A program made the translations under genes and the position numbers. A stretch of DNA of 64,000 bases, from positions 1-64,000 of the IMG/VR virus record IMGVR_UViG_3300044653_000068; one strand, given 5' to 3'. Below, piece after piece: positions 6,710 to 16,400 of the stretch. Origin of the DNA: a virus. Numbering within the stretch: position 1 is the first letter of the stretch; every line of letters starts with the position of its first letter. The notes under the pieces were generated by a model. That model saw nothing but the letters and a program-made list of their open reading frames with translations, ran no database searches and had not been told where the DNA came from.

Positions 6710-8985
6710 GCTGAGCCTGCGGGTGGTCCGGCCTGATCAGCCGGCGTAAGCGGGGTCGGTCGTTGCCCCGGCCACCCCGGGAAATTAGTCCGGGTGCACC
6801 GTCTTATAAGACCTAATGCAAACTTGCCCGGATAGAGCGCGGCGACCACCGAGGCCATGTCCGTCATCACGTTCTGATAGGGCGTGACCTGCGCGGTCTG
6901 CGTGTCGTCGTCGTAGGCGTACTGGCCGATCATGAACGTCATGGGGGCCAGCCCCACCTCGCCGCCGTACGCCTCGTTCATGCCCTGCACGGTGACCATC
7001 GCGCCGCCCCAGTTGAGGCCCAGGTCCACCGGGAAACCGCCCGCGTTGAGCAGCTGGCCGGGCATCACCGAGAACGCGCTGGCGAAGTTGGCGCGGATGT
7101 ACTTGGACAGGATGTTCGAGCCGATCGCCTGCGCTGCGGCCTTGGTCATCGCCCCGGCGTTGGTGACGTCCAGGTAGTACTCCATGCGCCCGTGCGCCGC
7201 CACCGACCCCGGGGCGTCCGCGAACGTGGTGTTGTACGTGGCGGCGACGGCGGCCTTGGTGGAGGTGGCGGTCTTGTCCGGCGTCGCCTGGTAGTAGATG
7301 ATGACGGTGTTGACGTCCGCGACGATGGACCGGGCGACGGGCGAGGTGTTCACCAGGAACAGGTCCGGCGGGCGCCTTGCCCCGCTGATCGTCAGGTCAA
7401 CGCGCTTCCACTTGCCGCCCGACAGGATCTCGGTCTGCATCTTGGCCTGCGGGCCGGCCTGGAGCGGGTTGCCGGACACGTCGGTGGGCATCGCGTGGAC
7501 CTGCACCTCCCACGGGGACGGAGGCCAGCTTGACGCCCCGGCCGGCTGGGCAAGCTCCCAGATGAGGGAGCCGCCCGTGCACAGCAGGTTGAGGAAGTCG
7601 GTGACGGTCAGCGACCCCGGGTCCTGGACCGGGCCGGTGTAGATGCCGGCCGGGTTGCCGACGCCCCTGTTCACCCAGCGCAGGCCCCGGGAGATGGCCA
7701 GGTCGATCGGCGCGTCCGGCGTCCACCCGGCCCCCTTGAGCAGGTTCTGGTCCCACCACGCGCCGAAGTTCGTGCCGTAGGTGCCGACGCCGTTGCAGGT
7801 GAGGGTCCAGCCCGTCGCGGCCGGCTGCGGCTCCGTGAGCTGCCCCTCCCAGATGCACGAGCAGCCCCTGTGCGCGGTCACTACGCGGCCCGGGTTGAGG
7901 GCGTCCGTGCGGAACCACGGCTCGACCTCCAGCTGGCAGGTGAGCTGGTCGGGGCCGCCGGGGATCGAGTACGTGTAGTTGATCGCGGAGACGTGCCCGA
8001 TCTGGCCGAGGTAGCGCGGGTTGAACGGGCGCGGAATGGTGATGATGCCGTCCAGGCTCGGCGTCACCGTGTCCAGGGTCGATAGGTTCGGGTAGAAGTA
8101 GACGTACCAGGACTCCGTGCTCGCCTGCTGGACGCTGGCCACCGTGCACACGTTCGGGTTCAGCAGGGTCCACAACGGCGCGGAGCCGGCCGGCACGCCG
8201 TCCCGGTTCACGCTGCCGTTGGCGGTGCCCGCCGCCGTGAAGCACGCCAGGTTGGCCTCGATGCACGCGTTGGAGGCCTGGGCGTACGCGTTGGCGGCGG
8301 TCGCCGCCCCGGCGGCGGTGGCCTCGATGGCAGCCGCCGCCATCGTCCCTTCCGCTAGGCCGAACGCCATGGTAGCCGCGTTCCAGGCTCCCACGGCCGT
8401 GGTGGCGTAGGCGCTCTGGTTCGCGATGGCGGCCTTGGACGCCGCCGTGGCGGCGCTGGCCACCCCGCCGATCGCAGCCGCCTTGTACGGTCCCCAGGCC
8501 GCGCTCGGCCCGGCCAGGTAGTCGGCGTACGCCGTGGCCATGTCCGTGACGGCCGTGGCCATGGCCGCCGTGGCGGCGGTGACGTTGCCGGCGTAGGCGG
8601 ACGACGGGCGCCCGGCGCCGACCAGCGCCTGGATGGCGAACAGGTCCGGCGCCCCGCCCGAGGAGTTCGCGTTGGCGGCGCTCCACTTGACGGTGCCGTT
8701 GTCGAACGCCGGGGGGTTCACGAACGACCCCAGGGACGGCGCGCTCCCCGAGTGGTAGACCTGAAACTGCTCTCCCGGCTGGACGGGCGGCGTGTGGAAG
8801 CCCTCCTCGACCCCCCACTGGGCGGTGTTGAGGATGAAGTACCCGTACCGCTTGCCGTCCGTCGCCGTGCCGCCGGCGCCCATGTTGTCCGTGGTGGACC
8901 CCGCCGAGAGGATGGGGAACGCGCGCTGCGGCAGCGCCGGCTGCCACGTCACGATCTGGGTGGAGTGAAGCTTCTCAAGCGCCAT
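6661..8985 (-). CDS. Minor tail protein (Tal/gp37-like); natural end may be ~6817
   Basis: Position in tail module; SD AGGAGG before ATG 8985; YSIPGGPDQLTCQL...IWEGQLTEP motifs. Confidence 0.7.
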   Translation of the reverse strand: MALEKLHSTQIVTWQPALPQRAFPILSAGSTTDNMGAGGTATDGKRYGYFILNTAQWGVEEGFHTPPVQPGEQFQVYHSGSAPSLGSFVNPPAFDNGTVKWSAANANSSGGAPDLFAIQALVGAGRPSSAYAGNVTAATAAMATAVTDMATAYADYLAGPSAAWGPYKAAAIGGVASAATAASKAAIANQSAYATTAVGAWNAATMAFGLAEGTMAAAAIEATAAGAATAANAYAQASNACIEANLACFTAAGTANGSVNRDGVPAGSAPLWTLLNPNVCTVASVQQASTESWYVYFYPNLSTLDTVTPSLDGIITIPRPFNPRYLGQIGHVSAINYTYSIPGGPDQLTCQLEVEPWFRTDALNPGRVVTAHRGCSCIWEGQLTEPQPAATGWTLTCNGVGTYGTNFGAWWDQNLLKGAGWTPDAPIDLAISRGLRWVNRGVGNPAGIYTGPVQDPGSLTVTDFLNLLCTGGSLIWELAQPAGASSWPPSPWEVQVHAMPTDVSGNPLQAGPQAKMQTEILSGGKWKRVDLTISGARRPPDLFLVNTSPVARSIVADVNTVIIYYQATPDKTATSTKAAVAATYNTTFADAPGSVAAHGRMEYYLDVTNAGAMTKAAAQAIGSNILSKYIRANFASAFSVMPGQLLNAGGFPVDLGLNWGGAMVTVQGMNEAYGGEVGLAPMTFMIGQYAYDDDTQTAQVTPYQNVMTDMASVVAALYPGKFALGLIRRCTRTNFPGWPGQRPTPLTPADQAGPPAGSAHAGHPSLRAQDVIAR

Positions 8986-8998
8986 GCGGCACGCCTCC

Positions 8999-11581
8999 TT
9001 ACGTGGTGGAGTAAACGCTGCCGGACAGGTCAATGTACAGCGTGCTCGTACCCGCCGGGTACGGGTCCGCCCAGATAACGCCCGACGCGTTGACCTGCAC
9101 GCAGGCCCTGGTCCCGGCGGACGCGCCCTTGACGACGAGATCAGCCCCCGACCCGTACCCGGCGGGGCGGTACGGCGCCGGCAGCGGGTTCCCCGAGTTA
9201 AGCGACGTGGCCGTGGTGAATGCCGTCGCCGCCTGGGCGATCCCGTCGAGCTGCACGTTGCCGTCCGGCAGGAGGCGGTACCGGGGAACCGCGAACCCGG
9301 TGATGACCGCCCAGCCGGCGTCCATCGAAATGGGGTGCCAGATCTCCGGGGCGTAGGCGCCGGGCGTCGTCTCCGTGGGGTTGAACGCCGTGGCCGGGCC
9401 GGTGTAGCCCTCCGCGAACTTGTTGCCGGCCGCGTCGGTGGTCGCGTACGGCTGCACCTGGCTCACGGGGGTGACCGCCGAGTTCGGGACGGTGATCACG
9501 ATGCCGCCGCCGGCGCCGCTGGACCCCAGCTGGACGCTCGTGCCGACGCCCTGGGCCATGACCAGCGTCAGGTACGGGGCCTGGGAGTTGCCGAACGCGT
9601 CCGCCGCCCCGGGGCCGTAGATCGCGGAGTAGAAGTCCGACCCGGTGGGGGCGTTGTAGGCGTCGATGGTCGGGGTGTTGTTCGGCCCGATGAGGAAGGC
9701 GGTGACCGAGCCCTCCTGGAGCCCGGCGCCGATGCCGCTCTCGGTGATGTCGTACGTGACGGTGCCCGCCCCGGGCGGGATGAGGACCGCCGCCACGTTG
9801 TTGCCGGCGTAGGCCGCCGTGTACGTCGGGGGAATGGAGGCGTCGTTGGTGTAGTACACCTCCAGGACCGATTCCTTGGGGTTGGTGGGGTAGGCGTTGG
9901 TGACCGTGAGGAACACCTGGCTGACGGTCCACTTGCCCCCTTCCAGCGTCGCCGGCAGCCCCTCCGGCAGCAGCATCACCGAGAACTTGCTGCCCGTCGC
10001 CGTGTCGGAGGCGGCCCCGCCCGCGTAGAGCACGGTGTTGAGGGCGCTGTTCGGGTTGGACTGCTGGGCGGTGTTGTACTGGCCTCCCGCGCCGCTGGCC
10101 GCGTCGGCTCCGTAGTAGGTCATGGCGCTCGTGAACGGGACGGTGATCCCGGACAGCGGCGGCGGGGTGACGGTGGGGCTGGCGGGCTGGATGGCCGCCC
10201 CCGTGGCGGTGGCGAGGCCCGCGTTGGCGGTGACTACCGAGGCGCCCGGAATGAGGCCGGCCATGATGCCGAACCAGTAGCCCGCGCTCGTGCTGGTGCC
10301 GGTCTGGTTGCCGGTGGCCCCGGCCGCCGCCGACTCGTCGTCGGCCAGCATCATCGTCGCGTTGCCGGACTGCGGCCCGTTGGTGACCTGGCTGGTGTAC
10401 CCGGACGGCGGGGTGATCGCGTAGCCGGCGCCGCCGTCGCCGTTCTCCACCCCGGCGAACCACAGCGCCCACCCGGCGGCCGGCATGGTGATCCCGCTGT
10501 TGGTGAACGACGTGTACTCGCCGCCGGCGTTCCCGGGCGAGCCAACGGTAATCGTCGGCGCCGCCCCGGCCACCGTGGCGATGGTCGCGGTGACCGCCGC
10601 CCCGCCGAGGTTGGTGATCGTGAACGACGTGCCCTCGGTGCCATCGGCCAGGCGGTACAGCAGGCAGCCGATTCCCTCGTTGTCGAGCGGGCTGACGGTG
10701 AACCCGGTGCAGGCGGGGGTGCTCATGCCGACGCCCCACAGGGCGATCATGATCCAGTCGCCGGCCGCCGTCCCGGCCTGCTTGCTGAGCGTGAACGACG
10801 TGACCGCGCCGGGGGACTGCACGACGTTAGGCGTGGCGCGGTACGACAGGACGCCCGTGCCTCCGCCCCCGCCCCCGCCGCCCCCGCCGCCTCCGCCGCC
10901 GCCGCTGCCCGGCACCCAGCCGTACACGTAATCGACCATGATGGGGTTGTTGTAGGAGGAGGGGCCGCCGCCCTGGGTCCCGTTGTTCGGCAGGATGGAC
11001 CAGCCGCCGCCGGCGTCGTCAGTGGCCCACGGGGCGTGGACGAGAACGCCGTCCCAGTAGAACGAGAGCTGGGTCGCCCCCCGGACCATGGTGTAGGTAT
11101 GCCAGCTGTTACACCAGTTCCCCGGCGGGTTGTACGGGCCGGACTGCTGCTCGCCGCCGTTCTCGTAGTGGTAGTTGACGTCGATGCCCGACCCGTTGGT
11201 CTCAACGCAGTCGCCCTCGCCGTTGTCCGGCCAGTCCTGCCCGCTGCCGAAGTAGCCGCCCCAGTTGTACGGCTGGCTGGCGCTCTCGCCTGGCACCCAC
11301 ATCCGCGCCTCGACGCAGCCGCCCACCGGCATGTCCCACCCGTTGACTCCCGCGCCGTCGCTGGGGCTGGAGCTGATGTACGCGCCCTCGGTGTACGACG
11401 CCACGGTCAGGTACAGATAGCCGTTCGCGACGGTCGTGCAGGACTGCGTGCCCAGGCAGCCGGTGCCGTTGATGCCGTTGCCGTTGAGGTAGGCCCACCG
11501 GGTGAGGTCGAGGTAGCCGAGGTTGAAGTCGTCCTGGAACACCAGGTCCCAGGTGCCGGGGGGCCCGTTCGGGTTAGGCAC
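8999..11581 (-). CDS. Tail/receptor-binding protein with N-terminal GH16-like domain
   Basis: WDLVFQDDFN...WPDNGEGDCVE (ExDxxE)...WHTY...FYWDG...MVDYV; poly-Gly linker; C-terminal tail-fibre-like YRLLPDGNVQL...LPAPYRP. Confidence 0.8.
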   Translation of the reverse strand: MPNPNGPPGTWDLVFQDDFNLGYLDLTRWAYLNGNGINGTGCLGTQSCTTVANGYLYLTVASYTEGAYISSSPSDGAGVNGWDMPVGGCVEARMWVPGESASQPYNWGGYFGSGQDWPDNGEGDCVETNGSGIDVNYHYENGGEQQSGPYNPPGNWCNSWHTYTMVRGATQLSFYWDGVLVHAPWATDDAGGGWSILPNNGTQGGGPSSYNNPIMVDYVYGWVPGSGGGGGGGGGGGGGGGTGVLSYRATPNVVQSPGAVTSFTLSKQAGTAAGDWIMIALWGVGMSTPACTGFTVSPLDNEGIGCLLYRLADGTEGTSFTITNLGGAAVTATIATVAGAAPTITVGSPGNAGGEYTSFTNSGITMPAAGWALWFAGVENGDGGAGYAITPPSGYTSQVTNGPQSGNATMMLADDESAAAGATGNQTGTSTSAGYWFGIMAGLIPGASVVTANAGLATATGAAIQPASPTVTPPPLSGITVPFTSAMTYYGADAASGAGGQYNTAQQSNPNSALNTVLYAGGAASDTATGSKFSVMLLPEGLPATLEGGKWTVSQVFLTVTNAYPTNPKESVLEVYYTNDASIPPTYTAAYAGNNVAAVLIPPGAGTVTYDITESGIGAGLQEGSVTAFLIGPNNTPTIDAYNAPTGSDFYSAIYGPGAADAFGNSQAPYLTLVMAQGVGTSVQLGSSGAGGGIVITVPNSAVTPVSQVQPYATTDAAGNKFAEGYTGPATAFNPTETTPGAYAPEIWHPISMDAGWAVITGFAVPRYRLLPDGNVQLDGIAQAATAFTTATSLNSGNPLPAPYRPAGYGSGADLVVKGASAGTRACVQVNASGVIWADPYPAGTSTLYIDLSGSVYSTT

Positions 11582-13382
11582 TCGTCATCCTCCGCCGGTA
11601 CTTGTACTTGATCGCGTCGGGCAGGTCGGGGACCTCCGGCATGACGACCTCGCCGACGCCGCCCTCGCCGCTGCCGCTGCCCCCTCCGCCGCCGCCGTAG
11701 ACGCTGCCCCCGGGCGTTGCCGGGGAGGCGTTCCCCTCGCCGCCGACCGCCCCGGCGAACCCGCCCATGCCGGGCGTCGCGGTGGTGGCCAGGCTCGCGG
11801 GCCGCGCGGGAGGGGTCCCGCCGTGACCGCCCGTGGCGCCCGATCCCGACAGCCCGCCGCCGCCCGCCGCGCTCGGGCCCCCGGACGCCCCTCCGCCGGA
11901 ACCGCCCGTGGCCGGCGTCAGCCCGTACGCCTGGGAGACGAGCGTCGGCGTGGCGCAGTCCTGCGCGAACCACACATTGGACATGTAGCCGAAGAACCAG
12001 TTGGCCACGACGCCGGGGTCGGTCCCCAGGGTGGTGGCGTACGCGCCGCTCGGAACGCTGGTGTAGCCGGAGGAGGAGGCGGTGCCCTCCAGCGCGGCGT
12101 TCAGGTACAGGCTGAGGGTGCCGGCCGCGTACGTCATCACAACGTAGTACCAGGTGCCGGGGCTGGGCGCCCCCAAGCTGGTGGCCACTTTGGTCTGGCT
12201 GGTCCCGTTGCCCACCGCCGCCGTCAGGACCCAGTTCGGGGAGGCCGTGGTGCCCTGGTTGACCAGGAACAGCGCGTACCCCTTCATGGCGTTGCCGTCG
12301 TAGTTCTTGGTGTTGGCGGCGATGACGGCGTAGCTGCCCGCCGCCGTGTTGCCCCAGGTGCCGGACGGGTCGCACTGGAGCCAGCAGGAGACGGTCAGGT
12401 CGGTGCCGGAGAACGGAAAGGCCTGGCAGGTTATCTTGGCGCTCGCGGAGGTCAGCGACCCGAGGCTGAAGCGCCCGGCCTTGCCCGACGTGGTGGCGTT
12501 CGGCTGCGACGGCGGCGCGGCCGCGCCAGCGTAGGCCGGCACCTGGGCGGGGGCCGTGGCCGCGCTGTCCTTCCAGCCGCCCGAGTAGTTCGTGATGACG
12601 CCGAGGGCCGCGTTGCCGCTGTCGTCGTTGACCCGGGTGCCGCTCGCGTCGTTGAGGACGTACCAGGCCTCGATGTTCCCCTCGTTGAGGGTGAAGAACC
12701 CGGTGGGCACCTCAGAGAACGACACCGGGTTGTCGGCCCCGTTGTCAGAGTTGTTGGTGCCGCCCGCGCCGCCGGGGAAGTGGATCGAGTTGGAGCTGCC
12801 GTCGCCGCCGGCGCCGCCGATGCCGACCGACGTGGAGTCGCCGCCCAGCCCGCCGTTGGCCACGACCCCGGTGGCCAGGCCGAGCCCGGCGATGTCAAAG
12901 GTCGTCGTGCCGCCGGTCGTGCCCGACGAGTCGGCGCCGCCCCCCGTGTCGTTAACGCCGCCGGCCCCCGGCAGTCCCACCACGTAGGCGTAGGAGTTGC
13001 CCGGGACGATCGGGTACTGAGTCTCGCAGGCGTACTCCCCGCCCCCGCCGCCGCCCCCGCCGATCGCGGAGGACCCTCCGCCGCCCCCGCCGCCGGCCCC
13101 GAAGCACTCGATCTGGGCATAGTAGTCCGCGCCCGTGCCGGTGACGTCGGGCGCCACCCACACACCGTAGAAGTTCTGCACGGGGGTGGTGCCGGGCACG
13201 CCCAGGCCCCCTGTCGCCGTGGCGAGTTCGCCGCCCACCGTGCCGCCGGGCTGGTACACCGTCACCGGGGACAGCACGGTCGTCATCGTCGGCACGAGAG
13301 CGGTCAGGCGCGCGACCGTGGCCTGCGCCTTGGACAGCGCGGTGGACTTCGCCAGCTTCGGCGACGGAGGCTTGCTCGTCAT
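11574..13382 (-). CDS. Gly-rich tail protein with LamG/concanavalin A-like domain
   Basis: ECFGAGGGGGG repeats; AWYVLND...LTVSCW...WYYVVMTY...LYLN...GYMSNV. Confidence 0.8.
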   Translation of the reverse strand: MTSKPPSPKLAKSTALSKAQATVARLTALVPTMTTVLSPVTVYQPGGTVGGELATATGGLGVPGTTPVQNFYGVWVAPDVTGTGADYYAQIECFGAGGGGGGGSSAIGGGGGGGGEYACETQYPIVPGNSYAYVVGLPGAGGVNDTGGGADSSGTTGGTTTFDIAGLGLATGVVANGGLGGDSTSVGIGGAGGDGSSNSIHFPGGAGGTNNSDNGADNPVSFSEVPTGFFTLNEGNIEAWYVLNDASGTRVNDDSGNAALGVITNYSGGWKDSAATAPAQVPAYAGAAAPPSQPNATTSGKAGRFSLGSLTSASAKITCQAFPFSGTDLTVSCWLQCDPSGTWGNTAAGSYAVIAANTKNYDGNAMKGYALFLVNQGTTASPNWVLTAAVGNGTSQTKVATSLGAPSPGTWYYVVMTYAAGTLSLYLNAALEGTASSSGYTSVPSGAYATTLGTDPGVVANWFFGYMSNVWFAQDCATPTLVSQAYGLTPATGGSGGGASGGPSAAGGGGLSGSGATGGHGGTPPARPASLATTATPGMGGFAGAVGGEGNASPATPGGSVYGGGGGGSGSGEGGVGEVVMPEVPDLPDAIKYKYRRRMTSA

Positions 13383-13434
13383 CAGGTGCCCACCTGGATT
13401 CCCGTGTCAAGACCCAATAGACTACGGAGAGCGG

Positions 13435-16400
13435 TCAACATAACACCGCCCTATCTAGGAACCATCTCGGGGCATAGGTCAGTGCCAGGTCGGGCGCCCC
13501 GGCGGTGGAGTAGCACAGCAGCAGGTTGTCCCCGGCCTGGATGTACAGCGCGCCCCCGCTGATCATGGCGCTGTCCAGTACTGACACCTGGTGCTGGCGG
13601 TCCTGGAAGCTGGCGCCCACGAAGCCCAGGTCCCTGTCGGGGGTGGCCTCGTCGAGGAAGTAGTTGACGTACTGCCCGTAGCCCGGGTTCCCCTGGCCGA
13701 TATTGATGAGCGCGGTCTGCCCGGTCGTGTCCAGGAACAGCACGTCCATGAACCGGTCCGCGATGTCGGTGTCGTTGACCGAGAGCGTGAAGTACGACTG
13801 GTCGTTGTAGGCGGTGTAGTCCTTCAGCGGCAGCGTCACCTCGCCCAGGTTGACGAACCCGTTCACGATGTCGGTGGCCGGGGTGACGGCCCGGGACGCC
13901 TGGACCGAGTAGCGAGGGCCGCCCGGGTACTCGTACTGGTTGATCGTGACGGTGATCTGCCGGGCCGAGCCCGCCGTCGAGGAATTCCATGAGTTGGCGA
14001 CCAGGAGCACGGTGTAGGAGCTGCTGAACGTGGCCGGGACGAGGCCGCTGACGGACGGGACGGCGTACTCGGTGTTGTTCGGCGCGTCGGTAACCGGGAT
14101 CGGGCAGATCGGGTTGACGTTCGGGTCGGTGTTGGCGCCGAGGCTGTGCACGATGAGATTGTTCATCGCCGTCAGCGGCGGGGTCCAGGTGACCCGCACC
14201 ATTCCGCCGCCGCCCTGGCCGCCCTGGTTGGCCCCGGTGTTGCTGGCGTAAGCGCCTCCGCCGCCGCCTCCGGGCAGGGCCGCGCTGCCGCCGCCCGTGT
14301 TCAGCGTCCCCGCGCCCGTGCCGCCCTTGCCCGAGTTCGCGCCCGCCAGGCCAGGCGCCCCCTGCTGCCAGACGCCCGGGTAGCCCGGCGCCCCGGGACC
14401 GCCCGCCGCGCCGCCGCCGGAGCCCGCCAGGGGCATCGTGAAGCCGATCAGCATCTCGCACCAGGGGGCGGTGGTGCCGAGGGTGGACGACAGCGTGGTG
14501 GCCGCCTCGTCCGTGATCTGCGCGGCCCACAGCTGGTCGTGCAGGTACGACTGGGCCAGGGTGTCCATCAGGTTGAAGGGCGCGGCTGCGGCGCCGAACG
14601 TCTCCGAGGCCACGACCGCCCCGATCGCCCCGACGAGCGTGTCATTCGGGCTGGCCGGGGTGTAGGACCCGGACGCCGCCGTGCCGGACCCGGTGACGGC
14701 CGAGGCCCCGTGGGCGTCCACGCCAACCGCGTTGGGAATCCAGTAGGTGGCCACGGCGTACTCCGGCGCGGCCGAGGCGCCGCCCCAGTTGTAGGTGCCC
14801 GTGGCGCCCGCCGCCAGGGCGGCCGTGACCGGCGCGGTGGTCATCCACATGACGCCGCCGCTCGACGGGATGACCTGGGTCTTCTGGGTGGTGTAGTGGT
14901 TGCCGCCGGAGTCGGCCATCGCGGTCGGGCCCGCCGTCACGCCGGCGCCGGAGCCCGCCATGCCGACCACCAGGATCATGCCGTTGGCGGAGATCGCGGC
15001 CTCGGTGCCCCACGTGGTCTGCGCGCCGGGGGTGGTCCCCGAGCGCCAGTCCAGCTGGATCACGTCGGCCTGCTGGTTCATCAGCAGCAGCGGGATGCAC
15101 AGCACCGCCCAGTTGGCCGAGCCGGAGAGGGTGGCGCTGAAGGTGTCCCCGCTGCCCGCGTTGTCGGTGCCGCCGCCCTGGTTCTTGATGGTGTAGGCCG
15201 ACAGGTTGAGCGTGCCGGCGGTGACGGTGTAGGTGGACGCCGCCTGGTACCAGATCTTGCCCAGGTTGCCGGGCAGCGACGAGACGGTGGTGCCGCCGTC
15301 CTGGACGACTACCGCCAGCTCGACCTCCAGGGAGCTGGTGTCGGAGGCGCCGAACTGGCCGCTGGCCGTAGCTCCGGTGCCGTTGCCGCTGCCCAGGTTG
15401 CCGGACGTGACGCCCGAGGCCAGGTAAGGCGAGGCCGCCCACAGTACCCCGTATTCCTGGCTGGTGGCGGACGTGACGGCCAGCGTCGTGGAGGTGGTGA
15501 CGGGGAACTCGATGTTGGCGACGAAGCCGTACGCGGTGACCCCGGTGCCGGCGGAGCCGCCGCCCTGCGAGCCGCCCGTTGGCTGGTACACGTTGCCGGC
15601 CGAGTCGATGACGGCCAGGTCGGTGACCGGCCCGGCGGACTCTATGAGCGCCAGCGCCACGCCCTGGGACACCGACGCCCCCGCGCCGCCGCTGGTGCCC
15701 CCGGTCGAGTTGTACGACATCGAGTTCAGGTAGGTCAGGGAGGGCCCCGTGCCCGTCCCCGGGTTGCCGGTCATGTAGCTGCCGAGGGACCCCGAGGTGA
15801 GCAGGCCGCCGGCGCCGCCGTTGTCATGGACGGTGTTGGAGCTGCCCGTGCCGCCGGCCGCGCCCGTGGCGCTGTTAACCGCCGCAGACGAGCCGCCGTG
15901 CGCCGTGACCACGGTCCCGGTGGTAGCCGCCGAGCCGAAGACGGTGCTCCCGCCGGCCAGGGGGCTGCCCCCGTTGATCTGGTAGGTGAGCTGGACCATG
16001 CCGGCCCCGCCATCGGCGCCCAGGTAGTTCACGCTCTTGGTGCCGGGCAGGTTGACCGCCGCCTGGGCGGTCGTGGCCAGGGTGCCGCTGGTGTAGCCGC
16101 CGCCCCCGCCGCCGCCGGGCTGGGAGCCAACGGCCGGGAAGCCCGGTGTGCTGGCGCCCGCGCCGCCGTTGCCGCCGGAGGTGCCCCCGCCCCCTCCGGT
16201 GCCGCCGAGGCCGCCCGTCTGCCAGTTCACGCCCCCTGTGGTCAGGTGCGGCTGGGAGTCGCCGCCGGCGCCGCCCGCCGCGCCGCTGCCCGCCGCGCCG
16301 CCGCCGCCGCCGCCCGAGGGGCCGGGAGACGACCCGCCGCGCCCGCCGTTGCGGTGCGTGGTGCCGGGGGCCCCGACGTTCGCCCCGCCCGCGCCGCCGC

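Noticed and set aside
13382-13441. 19-codon bridging ORF (MLTALRSLLGLDTGIQVGT) coupling two tail genes
   Set aside because: The start/stop overlaps are suggestive, but it is too short and its codon usage too atypical to support.
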